Shown: positions 7,366 through 15,984 of the stretch, one piece after another | How positions within the stretch are numbered: the first letter of the stretch is position 1 | Layout: each line of letters begins with the position of its first letter | DNA from: a virus | Taxonomy: Duplodnaviria; Heunggongvirae; Uroviricota; Caudoviricetes | Length of the DNA: 23,890 nucleotides | Direction: 5' to 3' (one strand) | Virus record (IMG/VR): IMGVR_UViG_2711768193_000009 | The notes under the pieces: generated by a model | The model's input: only the letters and a program-made list of their open reading frames with translations | What the model was told of the DNA's origin: nothing | The model's database searches: none | Position numbers and translations under genes: made by a program

Positions 7366-8112
7366 ATGTCCAATACCCATGTAAAAAACATCAAACTTGG
7401 CGCCTGCAAAGTGTCGTTTGGTGGCGTTGATCTGGGTTACACCAAAGGCGGTGTTCAGGTTGAAGTTGCGACCGAAACTCTGAAAGTCACCGTAGACCAG
7501 CTGGGGCAGACCACCATCTCCGAGCTGGTGCAGGGTCGTAACATCACTATCACTGCGCCGCTGGCCGAGTCTGTGTTGCAGAATATGGTCGATCTGATGC
7601 CGGGTTCTACCCTGAGTGAAGAAGATAACGCTGTGACCATCACTTCCGCACAGGGCGTCAACCTGATCGACGTAGCCAAAGAGCTGGTTCTGACCCCGCA
7701 GGATACCACCGACTACGTTCTGACCATCCCGAAAGCTGCGACCGCAGGTAACTTCACCATGACCTACCAGTCTGATGATGTTCGCGTGTTCTCCGTTCAG
7801 TTCACCGCTTACCCGGATGACGACGGCGTGCTGGGGAAAATGAGCGGCCCAAAGCCGGTTAAAACCGTCTCTATCTCTCCGGAATCTCCGGAAGTTAAAG
7901 CCGGTGAGACCGTGCAGTTGACTGCCCAGATCACCCCTGCAGATGCCGGTGACAAAACCGGTGTGTGGGAATCCGACAATCAGGAGAAAGCAACCGTTGA
8001 CCAGACTGGTCTGGTTCGCGGAGTAGCTGAAGGTTCGGCAAATATCTCCTTTACCAGCAATAGCGGCGGCAAGAAAGCGACCAAAGCAGTAACGGTTAAT
8101 TCTGCCCAATAA
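7366..8112 (+). CDS. Major tail (tube) protein with C-terminal Ig-like Big_2 domain
   Basis: 248 aa. Tube motifs LGYTKGGV.VEV.TE...TVDQLG..., followed in frame by a Big_2 domain (TVQLTAQITP...W.SDN...ATVDQTGLV.GVAEG). AAGGAG RBS. Confidence 0.85.
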   Translation: MSNTHVKNIKLGACKVSFGGVDLGYTKGGVQVEVATETLKVTVDQLGQTTISELVQGRNITITAPLAESVLQNMVDLMPGSTLSEEDNAVTITSAQGVNLIDVAKELVLTPQDTTDYVLTIPKAATAGNFTMTYQSDDVRVFSVQFTAYPDDDGVLGKMSGPKPVKTVSISPESPEVKAGETVQLTAQITPADAGDKTGVWESDNQEKATVDQTGLVRGVAEGSANISFTSNSGGKKATKAVTVNSAQ

Positions 8113-8129
8113 TCGCGACGTAACTAAGC

Positions 8130-8155
8130 AGAGGCTCAGGAAGAGCCTCTCTTTT
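8130..8155 (+). terminator. Rho-independent terminator after the tail tube gene
   Basis: AGAGGCTC-AGGAA-GAGCCTCT is an 8-bp stem followed by CTTTT. Confidence 0.7.
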
Positions 8156-8171
8156 AAAAGGACTTTAACCA

Positions 8172-8489
8172 ATGACCAAATTACTCGATCTCGACTCCAT
8201 TCTGCCTCCGAAGAAAAGCATCAAGTTCGGCGGTCAGGAATACCCCATCGTTGAAATGACTGTTGGCCTGTTCGTCTCCATCAAGCAGATGGAAGGCAAA
8301 GACCTCCAGAACATGTCGCCTGTTGAGCAGGTTACTGCTTACGCCGACCTGGTTCGCAAGGTCATCCCATCCGTGCCGGACGCTGTACTGGAAAAACTGA
8401 CTGTTCCGCAGCTCCAGCAGATCTTCACCTTCGCTATGGAAGTGATTGATGAAGAGAACGAAAAAGCGGCTGGTGAAGGGGCAAAGTAA
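8172..8489 (+). CDS. Tail assembly chaperone (lambda gpG analogue)
   Basis: 105 aa acidic protein between the tube and tape measure genes, the canonical chaperone position. AAGGA RBS. Confidence 0.8.
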   Translation: MTKLLDLDSILPPKKSIKFGGQEYPIVEMTVGLFVSIKQMEGKDLQNMSPVEQVTAYADLVRKVIPSVPDAVLEKLTVPQLQQIFTFAMEVIDEENEKAAGEGAK

Positions 8490-8839
8490 TTTCCCGCGAT
8501 GAATCCGGGGTAAAGACCGTATCGATAGATCTCGGATTCTATTTCAGTCGTGTAGTTGCTCACTACGCCGTGTCGCCATTAGAGCTGCTGGGCGTCCCTC
8601 TAACGATGTTCTGGATGCTCAGTCGCAACATCGACCGTCTGCGCGCGGAAGAGGATGTCCGCAACCTGCAAGTCGCTCGCGCTGCCCAGGCAGATGGCGA
8701 GGGCGTGAAGGCGTTCATGGAGGGTTTGCAACTCAGGATTGGAAGACCAGTCGTAACCGATAAAGTCTACGATCCACGCAAGGATAAGGCAGACCCTGAC
8801 GCCAAAGAGCAACTGATGCAAATTTTTGGCAGAGGATGA
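8483..8839 (+). CDS. Tail assembly chaperone frameshift extension (lambda gpT analogue); predicted ~222-aa G-T fusion 8172..8839
   Basis: The -1 frame is open from 8477 to TGA 8837-8839 (KVISRDESGVKTVSIDLGFYFSRVVAHYAVSPLELL...), with no convincing RBS-ATG of its own. Confidence 0.7.
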   Translation, partial: KVISRDESGVKTVSIDLGFYFSRVVAHYAVSPLELLGVPLTMFWMLSRNIDRLRAEEDVRNLQVARAAQADGEGVKAFMEGLQLRIGRPVVTDKVYDPRKDKADPDAKEQLMQIFGRG

Positions 8840-8846
8840 CAAGGGA

Positions 8847-11800
8847 ATGTCACAAAACGTAGAGTTTATCCTGTCGCTGGAAGACAAGCAGTTTACAGCG
8901 TCAATCGACCGGGCGGGTAAGCTACTTACCAGATTCGGGGAGCAGGCCACAAAGCCCGCTCAGAAAATTAACAATCTGGAACGCTCGTTGGGTTCGGTCT
9001 CCCGCATCATCGGCGTTCTGGAGTCCAAGCTCGATGCCACGGCAGACAAACTACAGGATGTAGCTGCCGGCATCGAGCTTGTGTCTGATGTTTCGCGCAA
9101 GACGCGAGGCAACATTACCAGCCTCAACTCAGGTCTCAAAACCCTGATTGAGCGCGTCGACACAACCACCTCATCCGTTAATAAACTCACCACATCGCTG
9201 CGCAAGGTTCAGTCTGAACTCAATGAGTTTTCCGATTGGGCAACGTTCGCTGGCAAGAGCGCCAGCCGCTTCGGTACGGAAGTAAAAGAAGCCTCTTCCT
9301 CCGTGAGTGGCATGAATACGCGCCTTAACACCACGACGAAGCGTCTCAGTAATTGGGGTGTCACAACGAGCCAGGCTGCCGAGGGGCTGAAGAAAGTCCG
9401 CGATCAGATGGATGCCGTGATTGGCCGCCAGCAACTGATCAGCAAGCCGGTACGTGTGCGCACCAGCGGCTACGGTGAGGGCGGTGGTAATGGTGGCGGT
9501 GGTCGACGTGGCGGTACAAATGGCCACGGCGGGCGCGGTGCTGAAAATGGCATGTTCTCTGGTCTGCGCGGCAATATTTTCCTGCTGGGCGAGATTGGTG
9601 ATGCGGCAAGAACGGTAACTGACATCCTGTTTGGCTGGCAGAAGCCAATCGTCGAAGCCGCCTCCGAAATGGAGCGTATGCGCGTCATGTTGCGCGGGCT
9701 GAACAAGGACAAGGCCAACCCTGGCAAAGCAGCCGCAGAGGATATGCAGTACATCGTGGATATGGCGCAAAACGCCCCGTTTGCGATGCAGGCGCTGACC
9801 GATTCCTTCGTTAAATTCCGCTCGGCAGGTCTCGATCCTACTGACGGATCGCTGAAAGCACTGGTGGACTCCGTTGCACGCTTCGGCGGCGATAGCGAGC
9901 TGCTTAAACGTGCTGCCGTGGCTGTCCAGCAGATGTCCGGTAAGGGCGTCGTGTCGATGGAAGAACTGCGTCAGCAATTAGGTGAAGCCGTTCCTAACGC
10001 GATGAAGGCGATGGCAGACGCTGCCGGTATCACTATGGGGGAACTGACCAAAGCAGTCTCCACCGGTACTGTGGAAGCGAAACAGGCACTATCGCTGATG
10101 TTCGTTGGTCTGCGTGCGGAGAACGAAAACGCCGCCAAAGACATGATGCAAACCTACACTGGTGCGCTGGCGCAATTGCAAACCTCCTTTACGCTGTTTG
10201 CCGATCGTGTCGGTCAGGCGGGCTATCTGGATTCTCTCTCAAAGGGGATGAAAGAGCTGGCCTCCATCATGAATAGCGCAGAGGGCATTTCGTTCGCTAA
10301 CTCGCTGGGTTCCGGACTCTCCACGGCGATCGACGGCTTACGCGAACTGGCGCAGTGGCTGGCTAAAAACCAGGAACTGGTTATCAGCCTGGGCAAAGTC
10401 GTTGCTGCAATGGTGGCGTTCAAGCTGATGCGTGCCGGGATTGCAGGCGTGATTGGCACTGCCGGGCAAATGGTTAACACATTTACCAAGATGTCGACCG
10501 TTCTCCAGGCTCCGTTCAATCTGGGCGCGACAGCTGTCACCCGCTTTAATCGTGCGGCTCGTATGGGGCTGGCTCCAATCCCATCGCTGATCTTCGCTAT
10601 CCGTGGTGCGATTACGGGGCTTCAGGGCGCGTTTGCTGGGCTAACTGCGTTCATTGCAGCAAACCCCATTGGTGCAGCGTTCACCGTAGCTACCGTGGCT
10701 GTAGTCGGTCTTATCACGTATATGACCATGCTCCGCAGCGAAACGTCCAAAGTCGTGGATGAGATCCGCAAAATCCCGGAGGCGATGACGGCGGCCAAGC
10801 GTGCGCAGATGGCAGCGCGTGCAGCCGAGCTTGAAAAGCAGATCCAGCGAGACCAGCAGGCGCTTAAAACCGGCGAAAGCGTGAACTACTACTCCACAGC
10901 GGCTGGCCCTGTCGCCGTGAAGGAGTCCAAAGAGGTTGTTGAGGCTCGCCTGAAGAAAAATCAGGAAGAGTACGAAAGAACCACAGGCACGATGGCGCTG
11001 GGTGATGGCGCGGTGGCCAAACGGCTGGCAAAAGAGGCCGCTGAATCCCAGATTGAGAAAATCCGGGCAGATAACCAGGTCTTCTCTGCGACGTTTGTGA
11101 AAGCCCGTCAGGAGGCTCTGGATAAGATCCAGAAAATCAACGACGACAAATCGCTTTCGGACGACGAGAAGAACAAGCTGCTCGCACCGCTTCGCGAGAA
11201 GGTGAACAAGTCCTATCTGGAACCGGCGCAGAAGCTGGTCGACGACCTGTCTTCTCGCAAAAACGCAACCGAGAAGCAAATTGCCCACTTCAGCGACATG
11301 CTGGAGAAAGCGAAGAAAGAGGGGAACACCGAGCAGGTTCAGAAGCTACAAGGCAGCATCCGTGGGTATCAGGAGCATCTGGAAGCTGTTGCTCAGGAGC
11401 TGACACAGGCGGAGTTCGAACGTGATAACGCGGCGAAAACCGGTAAGGGCGTAATGTCCAACCAGGGAACCGTTCTGGGGCTGGGAACGACCGATAAAGC
11501 GGCTCAGAAAGCACTGGCGCAGTATATGCGGAACCAGATGGACTCCGCGACCTACCAGCGCACACTGCCAGACGGTACGGCGATGCTGGACTTCGAAGGC
11601 AAGCCGATCATCGGGCCGAAACAGCTCAAAACCCAGTTGAACCTGCAGAAAGCCTCCAGCGCCAGCTCTCTGGAGAAAATGAGCGACGAGGAACGTGCTG
11701 CCGCGATCGCCGCACTGACCAAAGCGCGTGAGCAGGACGCCGCAGCAGCGGAAAAAGCCGGGCAGCGTACTGCCAATGCTTCTCAGCGTGCCGCTAGGAA

Positions 11801-13430
11801 GGAAGAAAATGCGCAGCGTAAGCTGGCGGCCGGCTACCAGAAAGCCCTAGATAAAGCCGATCAGCTTATGGGGCAGATGGGTGAAAGCTCAAAAGCGACC
11901 GTGTCGTTTGATCAGTCTCTCCGCGATACCACCAAATCGCTGACCGAACTGGCCAACGCCGTACCGAATGAGTTCATCACTCAGGAGATGATCGACAAAG
12001 CCAAGTCACGCCTGGCTGACCTGGCTAACGCGAGCGACGACTATCGCGAGATGTTCAATCGTCGCAACGTCGAGCAAATGATCTCCACCTGGGCGCCGGA
12101 ATCCGATTCCATCATCAGCGCGGGTTACAAGCCGTCTCGTGAAGAGAAGGTGGTCGATTTCAACGACACCTACAACCGTAACCTGAAAGCGTTGATGGAT
12201 CTGCGTGACCAGGCTTCTGATCCGAAAATCGTGGCGCTTTACACCAAGCAGATTAACCAACTGGTGGCGGCAGGCAACACCGCGCTCATCAAAGAGACGG
12301 GTACGGCGACACAGAAGCTGGCGCTTGAGTACGAGAATCTGGCCGATCAGTTGGAAAACAGCTGGAGCAACCTGTTCAGCAACATGACGGATACGCTGAC
12401 CGACTTCGTCATGAAGGGGAAAATGGACTTCTCCAGCCTGGCAGAATCCATCCTCCGCGACATCACCAACATGGTTGTGAAGACGCAGATCACCCTGCCT
12501 CTCATGAACATGCTGGGGATGGGAACGACGGCAGCGGGCAGCTCTCAGAGCGGCAATCTGCTTTCTGGTGTCGCATCAGCGGTTGCCAACCAGGGCGTCC
12601 GGATGAATGCGGTCAACGGCGATAAGAGCGTGGGTGAGGCGACGAAAGAGACCTCCAGCTCGGTCTCCGGTCTGGGGCAGACCACTCAGCAGACGACCAG
12701 CGCGATTGGCTCTGCAACCAACGCGATCGGCAGCTGGGTGAATGGACTGTTCACCAGTACTGAAGCCAAAGACGCGGAAACCAAAGCGGTGAAGACATCC
12801 ATCTTCTCCATGCAGAACCTTAGCTCTGTCACGGGGGCGCTTTCTGCCGCGTTTGCCATGCTGGGAGCAAACATGTCCGGCTCTGGCAATAAGTGGTTGA
12901 GCTTCGGCGCCACCATTGCCTCCGGGCTTGTGTCTGCCTGGGCTGGTGGTGGCTTCGACAACATCGGATCGGGTTCCTCCGGCTCTAACTCCGGGTTCAA
13001 CAATCTCACCGGATCGGCATCTGATGGTACTGGCGGCATCCCGGCAATTCCGAAGTTCGCCAAAGGCGGCATTTTCGGGAAAGACGGCGTGGTTCCGCTG
13101 CGTGCGTACCAGAAAGGTGGCATCGCTGACTCTCCACAGCTGGCTCTGTTTGGTGAAGGGGATATGAACGAAGCCTACGTTCCGCTTCCGGATGGGCGTT
13201 CCATCCCGGTCACGCTCAACGCAGAGGGTGTTAAAGGCGGCGGTGGCGGCGTTTTCTCACCTGTCAGCATTGAGATCAACGTCAACAGCGACGGCAGTGT
13301 CTCGGAGAACAGCAATTCCGAAGGCGCATGGAGTCAGGCAGCGCAGCGCATGAAGGCGATCGCGCTTGAAACCATCGCTCAGGAGAAGCGGCCAGGCGGT
13401 TCGCTCAACCCTAACTCTCAACGTAACTAA
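8847..13430 (+). CDS. Tail tape measure protein, 1527 aa
   Basis: Follows the chaperones. Has the tape-measure N-terminal domain (A...PF....LT..F, G.V..EELRQQLGE..P), hydrophobic segments, a long helical region and a lambda gpH-like C-terminus (FAKGG...GE....EAYVPL). ATG 8847 with AAGGG RBS is preferred over 8826. Confidence 0.92.
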   Translation: MSQNVEFILSLEDKQFTASIDRAGKLLTRFGEQATKPAQKINNLERSLGSVSRIIGVLESKLDATADKLQDVAAGIELVSDVSRKTRGNITSLNSGLKTLIERVDTTTSSVNKLTTSLRKVQSELNEFSDWATFAGKSASRFGTEVKEASSSVSGMNTRLNTTTKRLSNWGVTTSQAAEGLKKVRDQMDAVIGRQQLISKPVRVRTSGYGEGGGNGGGGRRGGTNGHGGRGAENGMFSGLRGNIFLLGEIGDAARTVTDILFGWQKPIVEAASEMERMRVMLRGLNKDKANPGKAAAEDMQYIVDMAQNAPFAMQALTDSFVKFRSAGLDPTDGSLKALVDSVARFGGDSELLKRAAVAVQQMSGKGVVSMEELRQQLGEAVPNAMKAMADAAGITMGELTKAVSTGTVEAKQALSLMFVGLRAENENAAKDMMQTYTGALAQLQTSFTLFADRVGQAGYLDSLSKGMKELASIMNSAEGISFANSLGSGLSTAIDGLRELAQWLAKNQELVISLGKVVAAMVAFKLMRAGIAGVIGTAGQMVNTFTKMSTVLQAPFNLGATAVTRFNRAARMGLAPIPSLIFAIRGAITGLQGAFAGLTAFIAANPIGAAFTVATVAVVGLITYMTMLRSETSKVVDEIRKIPEAMTAAKRAQMAARAAELEKQIQRDQQALKTGESVNYYSTAAGPVAVKESKEVVEARLKKNQEEYERTTGTMALGDGAVAKRLAKEAAESQIEKIRADNQVFSATFVKARQEALDKIQKINDDKSLSDDEKNKLLAPLREKVNKSYLEPAQKLVDDLSSRKNATEKQIAHFSDMLEKAKKEGNTEQVQKLQGSIRGYQEHLEAVAQELTQAEFERDNAAKTGKGVMSNQGTVLGLGTTDKAAQKALAQYMRNQMDSATYQRTLPDGTAMLDFEGKPIIGPKQLKTQLNLQKASSASSLEKMSDEERAAAIAALTKAREQDAAAAEKAGQRTANASQRAARKEENAQRKLAAGYQKALDKADQLMGQMGESSKATVSFDQSLRDTTKSLTELANAVPNEFITQEMIDKAKSRLADLANASDDYREMFNRRNVEQMISTWAPESDSIISAGYKPSREEKVVDFNDTYNRNLKALMDLRDQASDPKIVALYTKQINQLVAAGNTALIKETGTATQKLALEYENLADQLENSWSNLFSNMTDTLTDFVMKGKMDFSSLAESILRDITNMVVKTQITLPLMNMLGMGTTAAGSSQSGNLLSGVASAVANQGVRMNAVNGDKSVGEATKETSSSVSGLGQTTQQTTSAIGSATNAIGSWVNGLFTSTEAKDAETKAVKTSIFSMQNLSSVTGALSAAFAMLGANMSGSGNKWLSFGATIASGLVSAWAGGGFDNIGSGSSGSNSGFNNLTGSASDGTGGIPAIPKFAKGGIFGKDGVVPLRAYQKGGIADSPQLALFGEGDMNEAYVPLPDGRSIPVTLNAEGVKGGGGGVFSPVSIEINVNSDGSVSENSNSEGAWSQAAQRMKAIALETIAQEKRPGGSLNPNSQRN

Positions 13431-13434
13431 CCAC

Positions 13435-13456
13435 GGCTGCCCCGGAAGGGGCAGTC
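13435..13456 (+). other. GNRA-tetraloop hairpin after the tape measure stop
   Basis: GGCTGCCCC-GGAA-GGGGCAGTC: 9-bp stem with one G-U pair, no U tract. Confidence 0.55.
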
Positions 13457-13471
13457 TCACAAGGATGTGAG

Positions 13472-13807
13472 ATGGAAAGACTGACTTTTAACTGGTATCC
13501 CGACTACGAGTCGGAAAAGACCGTGAAGCCTAACGTGACGGTGCTGAATTTCGGTGACGATTACGAACAGCGCCAGGCCAAAGGTCTCAATCGCATCAAA
13601 GAAGAGTGGAGCCTGACATTTACGCGCTCTTACGACGTTATCAATGCCGTCGATGACTTTTTGACGGCACGCGCGGCTGTTGAGTCGTTCTACTGGACAA
13701 ACCCTCGGGGCAAAAAGATTGTTGTGGTGTGCGACAGCCATACAGTCAAGCGTTACCAAGGCTATCAGGTACTGACTGCTACCTTCAGACAAATTTATGA
13801 AGGATAA
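13472..13807 (+). CDS. Distal tail / minor tail protein (lambda gpM-like)
   Basis: 111 aa with FGDDYEQR...GLN...EW.LTF, FL.AR..VESF.WT.P and lambda gpM synteny. Confidence 0.9.
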   Translation: MERLTFNWYPDYESEKTVKPNVTVLNFGDDYEQRQAKGLNRIKEEWSLTFTRSYDVINAVDDFLTARAAVESFYWTNPRGKKIVVVCDSHTVKRYQGYQVLTATFRQIYEG

Positions 13808-13821
13808 TTTAACCCACTAGA

Positions 13822-13839
13822 TAAGTAAGTGCTTATTTA
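13822..13839. promoter_or_regulatory. Palindromic operator-like site 5: TAAGTAAG-TG-CTTATTTA
   Basis: One mismatch to consensus, intergenic before the gpL-like gene, overlapping TATTAT hexamers (13838 and 13841). Confidence 0.65.
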
Positions 13840-13850
13840 TTATTATCTAT

Positions 13851-13884
13851 AGGCGCTGACAGGATGTTAGCGCCTCTTTATTTC
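13851..13884 (+). terminator. Terminator-like hairpin downstream of site 5
   Basis: AGGCGCTGACA-GGA-TGTTAGCGCCT: 11-bp stem with one G-U pair, followed by CTTTATTTC. Confidence 0.55.
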
Positions 13885-13896
13885 AAGGAAGAAACG

Positions 13897-14595
13897 ATGG
13901 GTATTAAGGCTGATATTCAGAGCTTGTCGCCCTCCGCGCTCATTGAGCTGTTCGAACTTGATATGTCGAACACTACCTCTGGGGGCAAGCTGTTTTTCCA
14001 CGCTGGTACAAACGAACTGATGGAGCCAGTCGTTTGGCAAGGCGTGTCCTACGAACCGTGGCCAATCAAGGCGTCAGGCTTTGATAAGACTGGTCAGGGT
14101 ACTTTGCCGCGTCCAAAAATCCAGGTCTCCAACTTTGCCGGAACTGTCTCCGCTGAAGTTCAGGCAAACGACGATCTGGTGGGCTGCCGGATCATACGCA
14201 AGATGACGCTGGCGCGTTTTCTCGACGCGGCCAACTTCAAAGACGGGAATCCAACCGCAGATCCAAATCAGCACTTCCCGGATGAGATGTGGTTCATCGA
14301 ACAGAAGACTCTCGAAACCCATGAGGTTGTCGAGTTTGAGCTGTCGAGTGTGTTCGATCTGATGGGTGTGCAACTGCCTTACCGCCAGATCATCAAAAAC
14401 ACCTGCCCGTGGAAATACCGCGGCCCAGAATGCGGCTACACCGGCCCGTACTTTGACAAAAACAACCAGCAAACCACCATGTCAGGCGCGGATTACTGCA
14501 CGAAACGCTACGACTCATGCAACGCACGCCGTAACTACTTTGCCAATGGCGTAATCCACTTTGGCGGGTTCATTGGAGCAACGCGTTATGGGTAA
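13897..14595 (+). CDS. Minor tail protein L (lambda gpL-like, Fe-S-binding tail tip protein)
   Basis: LIELFELD, W.G..Y.PWPI...GF, PRP...VSN, C-terminal four-Cys motif (CPWKYRGPECGY...C...DSC) and FGGF. ATG 13897 has an AAGGA RBS. Confidence 0.92.
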   Translation: MGIKADIQSLSPSALIELFELDMSNTTSGGKLFFHAGTNELMEPVVWQGVSYEPWPIKASGFDKTGQGTLPRPKIQVSNFAGTVSAEVQANDDLVGCRIIRKMTLARFLDAANFKDGNPTADPNQHFPDEMWFIEQKTLETHEVVEFELSSVFDLMGVQLPYRQIIKNTCPWKYRGPECGYTGPYFDKNNQQTTMSGADYCTKRYDSCNARRNYFANGVIHFGGFIGATRYG

Positions 14596-15385
14596 TAGAG
14601 CTTTCCCGGAGCTTGGTTCGGACGTTATGCAGGAAATCTATCTGACAGCCATCAAACGCTACCCGAATGAAGCGTGTGGCTTTCTGGTGCGTACCACTGG
14701 TGACAAATATCGCTTCATGGAAGCCAGGAACGTGTCGGAAAACCCGAAAAACACGTTTGTTATGCACGCTGACGACATTATCGCAGCGGAAGATACAGGA
14801 GACGTGGTTGCCATCTGGCACTCCCACACTGACGAATCAGCTGAAGCGTCAGACGCCGACCGCGCCGGATGCGAGGCAACGGAAGTTCCGTGGCTAATTC
14901 TGGCTGTTCGCAAGAACGTCGAGGGCGATGCGCCATTTCACTTCAGTGAGATGAATGTGATCACCCCAGACGGCTTTGAGATGCCTTATCTGGGACGACC
15001 CTATGTGTTTGGTGTCTTCGACTGCTGGATGCTGTGCCGCGACTATCTGAAGCGTGAGTTCAACGTCGAGCTGAATCCGAACCCGCACCTGCATATTCCA
15101 TCGTGGTACACGGGCGATACCGACATTCTCGATCAGAACTACCGCAATGAAGGACTTGTTCGTCTGGCGCCGGGGACGGAACCCCAGCGTGGTGACGTCT
15201 TCTTCATTCAGTACGGAAAGATGCCTGACCACTGCGCGGTGTACATAGGAGATGGAATGATTCTGCACCACCAGATCGACCGTCTGAGCTGTCGCGCTTA
15301 TTACGGTGGCATGTACCAGAAACACACGACGCACCACCTGCGTCACAGAGACTTACTCAAGGGAGATGAAACGTGTCTGAGTTAG
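14588..15385 (+). CDS. Tail tip assembly protein K (JAB/MPN + NlpC/P60)
   Basis: JAB motif EACG...WHSHT....AS.AD and NlpC/P60 residues DCW...HCAVY.G...ILHH. Start overlaps the gpL stop. Confidence 0.92.
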   Translation: MGNRAFPELGSDVMQEIYLTAIKRYPNEACGFLVRTTGDKYRFMEARNVSENPKNTFVMHADDIIAAEDTGDVVAIWHSHTDESAEASDADRAGCEATEVPWLILAVRKNVEGDAPFHFSEMNVITPDGFEMPYLGRPYVFGVFDCWMLCRDYLKREFNVELNPNPHLHIPSWYTGDTDILDQNYRNEGLVRLAPGTEPQRGDVFFIQYGKMPDHCAVYIGDGMILHHQIDRLSCRAYYGGMYQKHTTHHLRHRDLLKGDETCLS

Positions 15386-15963
15386 TTCATGTGCAACTTG
15401 GTGGCCCGATGGCAAGGCATTTTGGCCGCCACTGGCATTTAAAAGTGCGCAACACCAAACAGGCGTTGGATTTGGTCGAAGCCAATCGTCCGGGCTTAAA
15501 AGCCTGGATGAAGCGCAACATGAAGACCTACGACAAGTATCACATCCAGATCACCAATAAGCAGGGGCATAAGTGGTCGGTTGATGAGAGCGAATTTCAA
15601 ATGATGGGACAGTCCGACAACATCGCGAAAATCCGCATCACGCCGGTTCCCCGAGGTAGCGGTGGCTCTGCATTCGGCTGGTTTCAAACAGTAGTAGGGG
15701 CTGCGTTGATGGTCATATCTGCTTTTATTATGCCTGCTCTAGTCCCTCTTGGCTTGTCGCTGATGATGGGCGGTATTTCTCAGCTAATTTCGCCCCAGGC
15801 AACCAATGACAGCGTCAGACAGGCAGATAATTCGAACTCGTTTTACTTTGATGGGCCACAAAACACTACAAACCAGGGCAACCCCGTTCAGCTCATTTAT
15901 GGTGAGGAAATTCTGGTCGGCTCTCAGGTCGTGAGTTCTTCGATCACCATCGACCAGCTTTAG
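15373..15963 (+). CDS. Tail assembly protein I (lambda gpI-like)
   Basis: Ubiquitin-like N-terminus (V.L.G...R.FGR), P...GSGG followed by a hydrophobic Gly-rich stretch, and C-terminal QGNPV.LIYGE..VGS. Confidence 0.9.
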   Translation: MSELVHVQLGGPMARHFGRHWHLKVRNTKQALDLVEANRPGLKAWMKRNMKTYDKYHIQITNKQGHKWSVDESEFQMMGQSDNIAKIRITPVPRGSGGSAFGWFQTVVGAALMVISAFIMPALVPLGLSLMMGGISQLISPQATNDSVRQADNSNSFYFDGPQNTTNQGNPVQLIYGEEILVGSQVVSSSITIDQL

Positions 15964-15984
15964 TAATAAGGGAATTTTTTGAAC

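Noticed and set aside
8570-8839. Stand-alone 89-aa gene from GTG 8570
   Set aside because: No convincing SD, and the frame is open 93 nt further upstream to the chaperone stop. It is better explained as the frameshift extension.
8914-8932. CGGGTAAG-CTA-CTTACCAG, a palindrome resembling the operator, inside the tape measure 5' end
   Set aside because: The spacer is 3 bp rather than 2, the outer TA bases are missing, and it is in coding sequence with no downstream gene start. Not counted, though a footprint test would be cheap.
13457-13792. 111-aa minus-strand ORF overlapping the gpM-like gene, and 275-652 overlapping the portal
   Set aside because: Both are fully antisense to well-supported genes and have no recognisable features.
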